Assembly (NCBI RefSeq): GCF_018350175.1
Contig: NC_058383.1
Span: 13,084,001 to 13,148,000 of the forward strand
DNA: 64,000 nt
Direction of reading: 5' to 3'
From: Felis catus
Lineage: Eukaryota
Shown here piece after piece: positions 1-13,035 of this stretch; position 1 is the stretch's first letter, and the number at the start of each line of letters is the position of its first letter. The notes beneath the pieces were generated by a model. It was not told the DNA's origin, made no database searches, and saw only the letters and a list, made by a program, of their open reading frames with translations. A program made the translations under genes and the position numbers.

Positions 1-3000
1 TGTTTCTAGTAGGAAGGGAAGCAGAAGTTGATAACTGAAATAAAGCTCTAATACTTTTCAATTGTAGTCTTCCTAGAATCACATGTACTATTTTGAAACC
101 TTGAACAAATCACTGTGTGTTGCTGGAAGGTGAGGGGTTTGGCCTAGGTGATTTCTCAAGCTCCTCTCTCTGAGTTCCATGGTTCTTTAAATTGATGAAC
201 AACACAGAGACACATAATGTTTTCAAGGTCTATAAAGGAAGACTGCAGGAGGTCTGAGTGTATTTCACTTCGGAGTCTCTAGTTGATAATTGTGTGAAGA
301 CATTTAAAAGAGAAAAGTAGGAGGCAGAGGCATGGCTACGTGTGTGTTGCCCAGACAGGTGCTCTCTGTTGTGTGATCATTGGTAAAAGATGACACACAC
401 AGGTGCGTAAGGGCCACAGCACATGCTCAAAAGCTTGTGCTAACGGTACTGGACGTTGCTTTCCTGTTGTGCTAGATGCATGGACACATCACAGTTACTT
501 TTTCCCTTGCCTTTGCCTCCTACCAGATAAAGTAGCTGAATCTGACCATCTTAACTGGGAGGGGGCCTTGAGATGAGAATGTCCTTGAGGAGAATTTCAA
601 AATTAATGGATTGTTGCTTAGTGCCTCTTACTGAGGGAGTTATAATCGGAAGAACTACAGAGGAAAGAGGGCCGTAGGAGGTGAGAATTTCGTCTTTATT
701 TTTGACTTGGTGAGAGTGGATTAGGTTTGCATCTTATTAGGAAATGGTACTTCCTGAGCAGGCACCTTAATGCACAGCTTTCCTGTAATTATGGGAAGAT
801 GTTACTCCTTCATGGAGAGGAAATAATAAGATTTTTTTTTTTTTTTTCTGAGAATCCGTTGAAGGCAACTAATCTTTTTACCAGGAGAGTGCAATTATAT
901 ACTTTTATAAGAGAGATGCGTAGTTCTAAAATCAAGCTGCTTTTTCCTTCTCTTGCCTGATTATGAAACCTCAATTCTTGTGGTATTTTCTCATACTGGG
1001 AAAAGAAAGCTTTTTAACTGGCACTTAACCACCCCAGTGGAACTTACTTGTTGGATTATGTTGTTAAGTATAAATACATACTCACGTAGAGGATGCTGCG
1101 CTGGCAGCTGTCTTTTAAAATGGCTGCACCTTTTTATATGGCAGGTTTGAACATTCTCCTTAATTTCCAAAGGGGGTTTTAAAAAGGAAAAGAGGAATAA
1201 GTTAACTTTTACAAAAGAATGCACGTCTTTCTGACCCCCGAGCCTTATATATATCCTGCACAGAACTATTTGCTCATGATGGGAACATTCAGACATTATA
1301 TTTAAACAGTTTTAGCTTTTAGTTTTTAACTAGTACTTTTAAAATAGTACTAGTAAAGATGTGTGGTAGAGTTTTTGTCCCCCTCTTTACTTAGACTTGG
1401 GCCTGGGAAACCAGAACAGAGGCTGCCCAGGTTGTCTGTGTAAGGAGCCTGATTCTCTACCTGCCAGACTAAGTCACAGTGAAACTGCTAAGGGACACAA
1501 TGAAGTGACCCACGGCCAAACCCTCTAGCCAACTTAGGACTTCCTCAGAAGCATTTTTGGAAAATGTAACTCTTCCCAGGGCGTTGAATTTTCTTTCAGT
1601 ATATCTCACTTCTAGACCACAGCAGAGGATTTAAAATTTTACTACTTTGTAGTTGAAAACACAGAGAGCAAAGGAGTTTTAAAAATAGAGAAGCAATGAG
1701 GAAAAGTTAATGGGAGTTAGGAGAACTCTCAGATTTGGCTCAGAATCGGTGTTCTTGTACTTCCATTTAGTCCATTAGCCTGCCTTTTCTCTCTCTAGTA
1801 GGAACTGAACCAGAGGAAAGAGGCTTAAATGAACTAGGAGGAATTTTTAGGCCATATGAACTCTTACAACAAACAGATACCAGAATGGATCATCAAAATA
1901 AACCACAGAGTCTCCCTCATAACTGAATTTCAGTTTCTAAAAAGGCATTCAGCTAAGGATGGGATTTCTGAGACAAAGAGGCAACCTACTGAGATTGCTT
2001 CTCGCCACAGGAGGATACCATTTGAAAGGGAAGTAAAGGGATTTGGGAATATTTCAGGAGCCTAGCAGGTAGACTCTAACTTTGCTGATGAGAATGGCTT
2101 GTGTGGTTTAAAAATCTTTGTACAAGTTGATATGGGTGCTTGTAAGGAGTGGAAGTTGGGTCCTGTCTTTGAGAATCTAGTATGGTGGAATCAGACTATG
2201 TGGAGAATTTATAGCTGACACTGTAGATACCAAAAATGTATTCTGATGTCTAGGAAGAAGAGGGATTGATCCCGGTGCCGAGTCTTTAAAGTTAGAGCTG
2301 TTGTGGTTGCATCTGCTTTTTGTATTGCCTTTGCATGTTGGCCTTATGTGGAATAAGGTGGCTGTGTTGGTGGCACAGAAGGGCCCAGGTGACCGAGCCA
2401 TCAGCTGTGCTTCCATCCATCCTGCTAGAGCGGTCTGTCTCTGCCCATGCTCGGTCCCGATGAGAGCGTTCGCTCTCGGAAGCTGATCCTTTATTTCAGT
2501 GTGACTGACTCAGGTTGTGTAACGACTGCTTTGTGACATTGTTACTAGTAGAAATTAACTTGCAAAGGAGGATTTATAACGTGCAACTTTGATTAAACAG
2601 ATCCAGTTCAAGTCCTATTTCGGAAGACGGCTAATTAGTTTTGGGTAGAAATCCAGCCTGAAATCACACAGGTATTTATCCAGCTTGACTCAAGAGCCTA
2701 CCGATTTCTGGAAATCAGAACATTTGAAACACTAATGCAATTAGGGATTATACTTTGGTAATGAAAAGGCCTGTGAACCTCGTGAGGTCCTCTTTCATAA
2801 ATACGTTCGTTATAGTGGTTAAATGACTGGAGGTACATTGAGCTAGTGTCAAGACATTGAGCTGCAGTTAAACCGTTTTTATTTCATACTTGGGACTTTC
2901 ATGTTCAGTGTGTTCTTGGAATTTCATTTGCTTTTTTCAAAAATTGTGTTGTCACATGAAGGTTACAAACTGAGATAGTAAATAAAATCCTCTGTTTTTC

Positions 3001-3792
3001 CTGCTGATGAATTTAAGTTGCACATTATTTTTTTCCCCTTTGCTTAAACTACAGAAAGAGGAATAAAAACAGCTAATAAAAGGTTGGGAGGAGAAAGACT
3101 GGCTTATAACTGCTCTTGGAATGTTGATTAACTCGAAATAAGGATAAGATGTCAGATTTTAATATCTCGAGGAACCTACAATCCAGGCTTGTCTCTGTTC
3201 AGAATTAGGTGTGTATTGTATTGGAGGTATTTGGAAAACATGGGACTAACACAGTAGCAAGTTACATGAATGTTTTTGTTGTTGTTTTAATTTGGGCATT
3301 TGGAGACAGTGACAGGTTTTTGTTTTTTTTTTTTTTTTTTAAGATCTCTAATTCTGGTTTTGTGTCTCCTGTCTCCTTAGCTTGTTGTCTGGGATATATT
3401 CCACCAGTCCTGGATGTTGGTAAGAGTGATAATAAGCATCATTTGACCTCAGTGAGACAGATGTTTGGAGTGATGTGGCCAGGAATAAATCTTAACCCAA
3501 GTGACATAGATAATATTTAATTAAAAATTTGGTAAAAATTGACTAAAAGAGGACATAGCACATTGACTACCACCTCATAAAACAAAACCTACAAAGAGAA
3601 GACAGGCTGAACTGGAAAAGGATCTGCATGCAATTTAAAAAATGCTTGAGTGATCCTGAGACCTATAGAAATGGCTCCATTGAAAAAAAAAAAGAAACAA
3701 TAGCGGTACTCTCTAAATCCCAGAGTAAGAATATGTTAGATGTGTGTATGCACGGAACTTTATTAAAGGCCCATTTAAATTCTGTATGTCGT

Positions 3793-3965
3793 GGGGCATC
3801 TGGGTGGCTCGGTCGGTGAGTTTGGGCCTCGTGCCAGGCTCTGTGCTGACAGCTCAGAGCCTGGACCTTGTTTCGGATTCTGCTTCTCCCTTTCTCTCTG
3901 CCCCTCCCCTACTCATGCCCAGTCTCTCTCAAAAATAAACAAACATTAAGAAAAAAAATTTTTTT
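3793..3965 (+). mobile_element. CAN-SINE (SINEC_Fc-like) with ~40-bp internal deletion
   Basis: GGGGCATCTGGGTGGCTCGGTCGGT head joined directly to GAGTTTGGGCC (B-box region), then CTCTGTGCTGACAGCTCAGAGCCTGG, CT-rich region, AATAAA and A tail. Confidence 0.9.
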
Positions 3966-6125
3966 AAATCCTACATATTGTTAGAGGAGTAAGAAGGATC
4001 AAGCCAGAGAAATGGTTTTCAGCTCTGTCCACCATAAATTCCTATGGTATGGGTGATCGGAGACCGAGGGAGTGTGTTTTCCCTTTACACCACACTTCTG
4101 ATAGTTGCTGGGGGCTGATAGGACTTCCTTTCTTTATTTAAGACTGCATTTTGTGTTCATTTAATTTTAAGTTTTTCCCTCTTCCGATGATACGATGTTA
4201 TCCGCACGTGGCCAGATCTTAGTTGCAAAATGCGAAACAAGCCTCCATGCGTTCTGCATTCTAATCCCGCTCACAGCCCTCCCGTCTCCACACAAGCCTG
4301 CACATGACAGGTAGTGAGTGGGAGGTGGGAGTGGGTGGGTGGCTGTGTGGTTTGCAGTGGTGGTGGTGGGGAGCCGAGCAGATGGCTGTGATAGCCACAT
4401 GTTGCGAGATTCCCGTGGGAGTTGATGGTGGTGACAGGCGACTCACAATGTGCTATTTACAGTTTGGGTTTGCAGTCTTTCAGTGACATCTGAATGCTCT
4501 TTAGCAACTGCTTTCATTACTGCCTTTCGAGGAGCTGCTAATTGAAAATGAAATTGTGGGTGGGCTCTAAGGCAGGCACAGGCAGCTCTCTGTGGTAAAT
4601 GTTGCCTGAGAACTGTCGGATGTCTTGATGCCCAATTTGTAATTCTTTTTCCAAGGAGGAAAAGCCAAAGGTGCATTTGAAGACTCGGTGTGTGCTCCTA
4701 GGCAGAGCTGACTGCCTCATCCTGCCCAGAGAGCCAAATGTGCACTCACTGGGCTGGAAACCAAGCCATCTGCCCATGGCTCACCTTTGTGTGGTTCTTG
4801 TTAAATGTGAATAACTGCGTAAGGTTCTTATTTTAAGTCTGCTGACATCTTGTACTCTCTGTTAGTTTTTTGTAGGACATCATCCTTCCTTTTCCTCTGC
4901 TCTTCTCTGTGCAGGAGAAAATGATTATCTGATCTCTTGAACCTTGAGATATTATATACAAGGTCTCGCAGAGAACTTTCCTTCCTATAAACCTTTTCCT
5001 ATGATACCATTCTGTTGAGGGCATTTGGGGGCCTCCGGGCACAATGAGGGAAGAGGAAGGTGGTTGATTTGATTGGACTTTGCCAGTGGATGATGTTCTT
5101 GATTCTTTTATGACTGCTTCCAGCTGTGGGATTGTCATTTATACTTCATCTTCAGAGTTGTTAGCTAAAGCGTCAGTAGCATTTCTGAAATGGTAGCTTT
5201 TGTAAGTGTTGATATGCCAAATTATTTTATTGGCCATTCTGAAAATAGTTTTGCACAGAGGAATCTTGTGCTGAACAAGGAATGACCTCCCTCTTGGAAG
5301 TATTGTTAGCTATCTTTTTAATTAAATATGAAGATAGATACAATATTACCATTCTTTTTAGCTTTCCCTTGAACATTTCATTTCAGTGAATACTGTCTGA
5401 GACAGAACTGCACTAAATTCTGTGCTCTGTTTGAGTAGGACTGATATTTGCTTTTAGACAGTCCCTGAAGCTCGGGCTGTGGGGACCTGATGGCACACCC
5501 TTTGCTGTGCTTAACCCTCAGTCCCACTAGACCTGCCTTACCATGGGAACCCAGCTGTTTTAATGTACTTGAGTTACTGCTGGGTCCTAATGATGTTTAA
5601 AAGAACCTATTTTTGGTGTTCTAGATGATCCTAGAGCATTGCCTATTGATGCAAGTATTGATAAATTTTCTATGTCAAGCAGATATAAGAAAGTCTTGCA
5701 AGAGCTCTGGGTCTTTACCCACGTAGGGCTCTGTGCACATCCTTACCCTAGTACTCATAAACACACATGGAGAGGACATGTGTGTCCTCTGGCTCACAAA
5801 CACAGGCAAGTCTGTCAGGGCCCACCTGGTGTCTTTTAGGAGCCCTGCCTTGTGGCCCGCTGAGACACAGCCTGCAGTCATTGGTCACAGCTCTGCAGAA
5901 GCTGCCACTTTGCCCTCGCGTCTGCCTCCAGGGACACAGATGTGGCGGGTCATTCTGTGACCGCTGCACCTGCATTTGCTCAGGAAGTGCTCGTGTCATA
6001 GGTCTTGAAATCATGTAATACAAACCTGGACAGGTCCTAATTGCTCGTGATGGTTCTGAGTGGCTGAGATTGGCTGTAATTAGATTGAGAGGCAATTAGC
6101 TGTGTGGATAGGGAACATACAGAAT

Positions 6126-6301
6126 AATGTTTCTCGAAGGGTGGTCTTTGGACCACCTATGTCGGGACAGCTCCAGGGGTCTTGTTAGCAGACACATTCC
6201 CAGGCATCACCCCTGTGTAGAGCCAGAGTCCCTTGGGTGGGGGCCAGAATGTGGCACCAGCTCCCTCAGGTGACTCCAGTGCACGTGCTGCCAAGAATCA
6301 G
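6126..6301 (+). mobile_element. MER5B/MER5A-like hAT-Charlie DNA transposon fossil
   Basis: TGTTTCTCGAAGGGTGGTCTTTGGACCACC...GGGTGGGGGCCAGAAT...CAGGTGACTCCAGTGCAC resembles the recalled MER5 consensus; diverged. Confidence 0.55.
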
Positions 6302-8401
6302 ACTTGCAAGTGAACTGACTTGTCCTATTGCTTATTTTTAGAAAAAGGAAAAGGAACAATACTATGTTGTTTGCAAAACTGGTAACAAATCTTAAATTTT
6401 TAAACCACTTCTTGTGTGAAAATAATTTATCAATACTAGGATCTATTCATTTTCTGTGTATTTATTTGCCAGTTAAGGTTTTTTTTCCCCAAACTGGCAA
6501 AAAGAAATATTTCTTCTAAATGCTATAGACATTATATTACAAAAAATTAATGTTTTCAAAATGACTGCTTTTTAGTAGGAGTGTACTGGAATATCCCTTT
6601 GGTAGAACAATTATGTTATATTCCCTTCTCTGTAAATCTACCAGCTCCCTCAAATAATGCAGCTTTTTATACATATGGTAACGGGACATTTTTCATTCTG
6701 CATATTTCTCTGTTTTCAGCACTACATTGGTTTGTAAGTTGTGTGAGTACTCCATATTAAAAAAACTGGTGGTGTTGGGGGGCAAGTGTGAGTGAGATCT
6801 GATAATTCTGGCTATGCATTGGTGGGGGCTGAAGACCATTAACTGTTTTCTCCATTACCAAGAAAGCTTCAGTGTAATAAAATGTTATACTTGAATTTCT
6901 GGTTTGGGCTCAACAAATTCAAAGGGAAATATTTTCCTTCCTGAAACCAAACAGAATGAAGGTCCTCCGAAGAATTTTTGTTTAAGTAGCAGAACCTACA
7001 CTTAGGATTTAACAGCTGCCCGAGGTGTGTCAACAGTAGGTAGTATTTGTTTTAAATGCACTGATTGTGCTCTGAGGCCAGACAGGCTGTTCCCCTGGAG
7101 CTGAGTGCCGAATGATCTACTGAGTAGTTGCTAACGAAACTGCCACCCTGTGCGAGTAAGACCCCTAATAACAACTTTGGATTTTAAATAGAAGTACTGT
7201 CCTTTGGCTTCCCTGAGAAGTAATGAAGGTGATGAGAAGAGCCCCTGACGCTCAGGTGTAATATAAAGCGGGGTAACAGGCCAGCACGCATTGCTGGAAG
7301 GTTGAATGGTGCTTTTTGAAAGCGAAGCAGCCCTGGTACGCTTTCCGTTAAACACGCAGAGTTCGTCCTAGAGTTCCCCTGTACAACATAGAGATGATCG
7401 CTGTCAAGCTTTTTAAAGCAGACAAGTCTATTTTCTAATTGAAAGGTGGTATACTAAAGAGTTAAGCAGCCCGCTTGCAAAATTTATCGTCACCTGCTTC
7501 TCACGTCTGCATATGAAAACTCTAAATCTGTATTTGTCACGTGAACAGAGCAGGGGGGAGGACGGACAGAGGCATGGAGGGGTGCAGTCAGTCATGTGTG
7601 CCAACCGCATGGGGGTATCTGCCCCCTGCTCCCTGGGTTCCGCAGGTTGAGTGAGGAGACGCACTGACAGACCGCACTGTTTTAAGGGAAGGATGTGGAC
7701 TTGAAATAACCTTTCCCCAGGATTCTGATCCTGCTCTTCTCCACCTCCTCTTCCAACCTCGCAGCTCATCTTTCTCTTTCCCTTCCTGCCTTTGAGCCTG
7801 CCTTCAGGCTAGACCTTCAGCAATTTGGTTTCCATCTTCCAGACAGCATCTGGAGCCTGCTTCCCGACCCAGACAGACAGAATTGCATGGGAAACCACTT
7901 AGGTTTGCTCTCAAAGTTACAAGTGCCCTTTCTACCTCCCGGTTCCCTGCTCTCTTGACCGTGGTCATTTATGCTTATCATCTTATCGGGTGGTTCGATA
8001 AGATGGTTCAGCAATGTTTCACTCATTGACGTTGTACTCTTTCATTAAAGGTATTTCAGGGGACATCCAGAGCCAACTAAATGAAACATCACCCCATTAC
8101 TGTAGGAGGAGATGTTAGGTCCTAACTGAGTGTGCCCGGCTTGCTGTTCTTGTTTCTGTCCTACCCCCCTGCGCTCCATGAACACCACACTGCAGCTACG
8201 GTTGCTGTTATTTGCATGAGCCCCGTGCTTTCTCCACGCTGTGCTTATGCTGTTCACCTTGTTTGGAACAGCCTTTTCCAACTGTCACATTTGTCTTTCA
8301 GCAACTGCCTCAGAGATGCCTATTGCTTGAAGCTTTTATGATTTTTTCCTTCAGAATTAAATGTATTTTTTTCAAAACTCCCACAATCCTTTGTTTATAA
8401 C

Positions 8402-8533
8402 TAGGGTGACCCCAGAATTTCTCACCTAATATAGGACATTTCTGAGTGTGAAAGAGGGCACTATTAATAATTACCTAGGAACAATAAGCACGAATCAGGA
8501 CTTCCTGGAAAACTGGCTTGTGTGGTCACTCTA
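8402..8533. mobile_element. MER94-like hAT-Blackjack MITE
   Basis: Terminal inverted repeats TAGGGTGACC / GGTCACTCTA, 132 bp, 8-bp TSD TTTATAAC (8394-8401) / TTTATAAT (8534-8541). Confidence 0.8.
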
Positions 8534-8759
8534 TTTATAATTCATTCGCTTTTGACCTTTTTTCATTTTGTACTCTTAGAGTGGCTGTGTACATGTCGTT
8601 GTCCCCACCTAAACCCAAACTGTCTGAGGATATTGCTCTGTGACCCCATGAGAGGTCCAGGCTTGTGTCACATGTAGAAAGGTAAAACTCTTGAAATCCT
8701 CAGCTGTCCCTGCCTTGAAAAAACTCATGTTTCCCATTTTCATTCTTGAACCCTTTCAA

Positions 8760-9365
8760 TGTATTCTTTATATCCCAGCCAGTGTGATCCTTTAAAAATA
8801 AGCATTGGATCATATTATTCCCAGATGTAAGTCCTCTTAATGGCTTCTCCACATATTCAAATTAAAATTCAGTCTCCTGTGAGCTACAGCACTTGGTTTT
8901 GCAATTCCCTTTCTTCACTCCAGCACCTGTTAGCCTCTGTCTCTCACTGGCGCCTGCCCTCGGACCTTCCTTCGTCTGACACGTCAGGTTCTTTGCCACT
9001 GTGGTTACCTTACACATGCTCTTCCCTCCACCTGAAGTGGTCTTTCCCCTGCTCTTTGCATCATGAGCTCTTTCTCGCCCTTTGGTACTGAGCTGAAATG
9101 TCATCTGCTCAGAGGGACTCTTCCTGACCCTATTCACCCCAGGTTTTGCCTTTAGTCCTCTGTCCTTTACACCCATCCTTTTTATTTCTAACGCTTAGCA
9201 TAATTTACACTTTTTTTCCCTGTATTCTTCTTTCGTGTGTGCCTCTTCTGCTAGAATCCTGGCTCTCCTGAAAGAAAGTATTGTATCCATTTTCTCCACC
9301 CTTATGTCTGTCTGTTTGTTGGACATTGCCTGGCACCTAAGAAAGTGCTTAATAATTGAATGAAG
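8760..9365 (+). mobile_element. L2 (LINE-2) 3' fragment
   Basis: CCAGTGTGATCCTTTAAAA...AAATGTCATCTGCTCAGAGGGACTCTTCCTGACC...TGCCTGGCACCTAAGAAAGTGCTTAATAATTGAATGAA, typical L2 3' motifs; boundaries approximate. Confidence 0.65.
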
Positions 9366-11189
9366 TTTGGCATGATTACTATTTTTTTGATTGATGATGT
9401 TGCCAACCACATTCTCTTGTTGTATTCCAATGTTAATTGCTTACGGGGAAAAAAAAAGCCCATTTAACGTGACCTTTGGTTTCCCTCTTGGGGGATATGA
9501 ATATAAAATGAGATACTGATCAACACATACACACCAGGCAAAAACTTATTCCAAGATATCACTGCCCTCCTGGTGGATGCTGTCTACTCTTCTCCCATGG
9601 ACGCTATCAGCAGTCTGTCCTCCCAGTGTTGTAGCCCGTCAGGATAGCTGCACCATGGCTGGGGCAGCCAGGAAGACCTGGCCTTGGGAAACTACAGCCT
9701 TCCGCCTTTCTCAGATGATCTGAAAGCAGCCTGCCAAGCGGCAGAGACACAGCTGAAGCTGGGTGGGTGTGAGGTGGAGTTTTCTGAGCACTCTTGTACA
9801 TGCAAATATTTGTGTGGGGCTCTCCTTTTTTTTTTTTTTTAACCATAAACTTACAAACTATTTTTAGCATCAAAGCATGAATAGCAGTCTTTGCACTATA
9901 AATTGTTGTCCCACATGCCCTCTCTCTAAAATATCTTGACTTTAGAAAACAGTTTAATTTTATGTCCTTTATAAGGTGGCTTAATTAATTCGTTCTCCAC
10001 ATACTTGCTTGGTCAGCAAACATTTACTGAGCATCCTTTGTGTGTGAACGTTATACCAGAGACTCTGACATAACAGAAAGGATGTGTGTACCGTGGCTGC
10101 CCCTGATGCGTGCACAGCTTGGCAGAGCCACCCTGGCCTCGTGCAGAAGTCTTAGCGTGAGGGAGGCATCTGGGTGGATAAAGTGCAGTTTGAAGGGAGA
10201 CACTGTTGAGCGTCTCTTAGAGAATGGATACCTTCAGATATGTGTAGGAAGGCCCTTTGAAATGGTTTCTTTTCCACCACACTGTTTTTCTTGACCTCCT
10301 CTCTGCTTTTTTAAGAAACTTCTGAGAATAAGACTCTGTCTTACTAAAGGCATCAGTAACTGTTACATGTAGTGCTGTGTTGTTTTATTAGTTGTCTTGT
10401 CTTGGGTTCTTAGTTTTACAAATACAGGCTTTGGCAGTCTCGGCTACAATTTATTGGGAATTACCTGGCCCAGTTATTTATTATTAAATAACTATTATTA
10501 GAGAACTAGATTATCAAAATCCTAATGGATGCCCATTGTTTCCAGAACAGGTACAGTTTTTACAAATGGATGTGCTATGGTTACAAACCCAGTTGTTACC
10601 TCTTACTCTGGGAACTCATGGTATAGGAAAGTCCTGTTTCCATCTGGAGGTGCAGCTAATCTGTACAAAGAAGAAACCAAATATCTCTCACTTTCTGTCA
10701 TTCCTGTTTACTTGGAGGTAGACAGTCATTTTTAATGCAAGTAGAGCTTCAGATATTCTAAAATATTCAAAAGGAATATTTGCATAGACACTGTGATCGT
10801 AACACTTATAGTGCAAACACTGATGGGGAGTGTACAGTGAATGATCCCAGGTATAGATTATAGATCCGTTCCCAATTTGCTAGCAAGTTATTTTTTCTCG
10901 CAAAAGATAATTTGTAAATTGCTGTTTTGGGGTTTGGAAATCCTAACTTTCTTAGCAAGTGTTAGAAATGGTGGTTTCCCAGTGAATTTTTCAAAAAACT
11001 GTTCCGTAAGGTTTACTCCTCCTCTCATGCTCCTGCCTTCCCCTTGGCATCCAGTCATTAAGTATTTCTTGACCATAATACACTCTTGTGGGCAGACATA
11101 ATTTTAGGTGTGTGTCACAAACAAAATGACAGAAGTCTCTGCATGGGAGGAATTTATGTTCTGGTCCTTATAGCTACGGATAAATGCAT

Positions 11190-11900
11190 TTAAATGTCCA
11201 ACCCAGACCTTTCTTCTCAGCTTTGAGATTCGCAAACCCGGTGCTTATCACAGTATTTTTTCCCACCTGGAACATCTGCAAGCATTTCAAACTCAACATG
11301 TGTCTCATTGACAGCTACTATAGTAGTTGCCCTCAATTTGCTCTTTCTCTTTCATTTCCTCCCTTAGTTGATGTGCGCACCATCCACTAGACATCCAAGC
11401 CATTAATCTGCTCATGCCGGAAACCTGGAAGCCCTACTCCTCTTCCTCCTCCTATCTGCACATCCTGTCGATTCATGTCCCGTGTATTTCTCATCTGTTT
11501 CTCTACATTTACCACTTTGCACCGTTTCTGTCACTGCATTGGTAGGTCTCCCTTCTCTTGACTATATTATGACAGTAGCTTTCTACCTAGCCTCCAGTCT
11601 CGCTGTTCTGCGATCCATCCTCCAAATCCCTTCTAATGTCATTTTGACAACATGCAAATTGAATCATGTTGCTTGCTTGAGGAGTTTTCACGGACTCTCC
11701 TTTCAAGCTCAACTTCAGCTTCTTTACATGGCTTAGAAGCGCATGCACATTTTATACCTTTCGGAACTCCCTGGCTTCCTTTTGGTGCTCCCTGACCCTA
11801 GTGTGTACCCCTGTCACATCAGCCTTATCTATTTTTTAAAATGTCTTCCTCCATCCACCCCTGCAAATCTGACTGTCCTTTGCCTTGGTGAGTCTGATCT
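11190..11900 (+). mobile_element. L2 fragment
   Basis: CCAGACCTTTCTTCTCAGCTTTGAGA...CATTTCAAACTCAACATGTGTC...AAACCTGGAAGCC...TCTTGACTATATTATGACAG; boundaries approximate. Confidence 0.55.
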
Positions 11901-12657
11901 TAGTTACGTGTGAGAAACACAGTCACATGAAGTCAGAAACGGCTGATTCCATCTGTGAGAATACCTATATTTTGAAAAGGACACTTTTAACTGAGAAAAC
12001 TTCCAGTTAGGTAAAATTTAATGTAGTGCAGGATAAGTAAAAAGAAAAGTTTTTAAAGGATCCTGAGAGTAGACTGTGGAGTGATAGTCCAGAAGTGTTC
12101 AAAAGACAAGATTTTTTTCCATGATGATTGTTGCTGGGCACTTATATTGAGGTGGCAGTTGGGAATGACAGAAGGTTTTTTGTTCATGGAAGTGTTTGTC
12201 AGACACAGGAGTTGTAAGTCAAGGACTGCCTGTACTCAGTTCTCTGGGGCTTTTCATCTCTACAAGTGTTGACTGTGTTTCTATGTGAGTGAATTCTTTG
12301 AAGGTTCAAACCAAGGAGCAGTAGACCTTATCTGAACTTTTCATTCTCATAAGTTAATATTGAAATGAAACTTTATTGATGAAAAGGCATTTTTATTACC
12401 AATTTGTATAAACTTAGTGAAGATTTACAAATATGATTTATATTGGCTTATTTTTAAATAAGATGCCTGAAAAAGTGACCACAGATGTGCTAAAAGGTTT
12501 ATTTGAAGTAAACACAGTGTTGTAGTTCCTTGGCACAATTATTCCATATTTTGTCTTGGTGAGTCAAGGCACAAAGCAAGGACAATGATAATGTAGAAAA
12601 CAGCCCCAAGAACTGGTCTTGCTCTGGCTTCCTTTTGTACAGCTTTGGTGGAAATGC

Positions 12658-12689
<32 letters not shown>

Positions 12690-12806
12690 CAGGCTATTTC
12701 CTTTATTATTTCTTTCCAGAGTTGCATTATTCCAGGTTAAAATAGCTCTTAGGATGCTTTTACAGCATAGGTGAACTGGTTTAGTAAAATGAAACAGTCA
12801 TTTTTA

Positions 12807-13035
12807 TTTATTTATTTATTTATCATTGATTTTTTTTTTTTAATGTTTATTTTGAGAGAGAGAGAGAACAAACGAGCAGGGGAGGGGCAGAGAGAGAGGG
12901 AGACACAGAATCCGAAGCAGGCTACAGGCTCTGAGCTGTCAGCACAGAGCCCGAAGAAGGACTCAAACTCATGAACTGTGAGATCATCACCTAAGCTGAA
13001 GTTGTGCTCAACTGACTGAGCCACCCAGGTACCCC
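12807..13035 (-). mobile_element. CAN-SINE
   Basis: Reverse-complement SINE ending CCACCCAGGTACCCC; perfect 15-bp TSD AAACAGTCATTTTTA at 12792-12806 and 13037-13051. Confidence 0.95.

Noticed and set aside
1329..1354. Quasi-palindrome ACTAGTACT-8 nt-AGTACTAGT (also small hairpins at 2462-2477 and near 55821-55846)
   Set aside because: Arms of 7-9 bp are expected occasionally in 64 kb
5610..6100. Overlapping ORFs after an acceptor-like TTTTGGTGTTCTAG
   Set aside because: No recognisable protein, no convincing donor, and ORFs in several frames on both strands as expected by chance
9561..9578. CTCF-like CCACCAGGAGGGCAG on the minus strand
   Set aside because: Spacing is one base off the core motif
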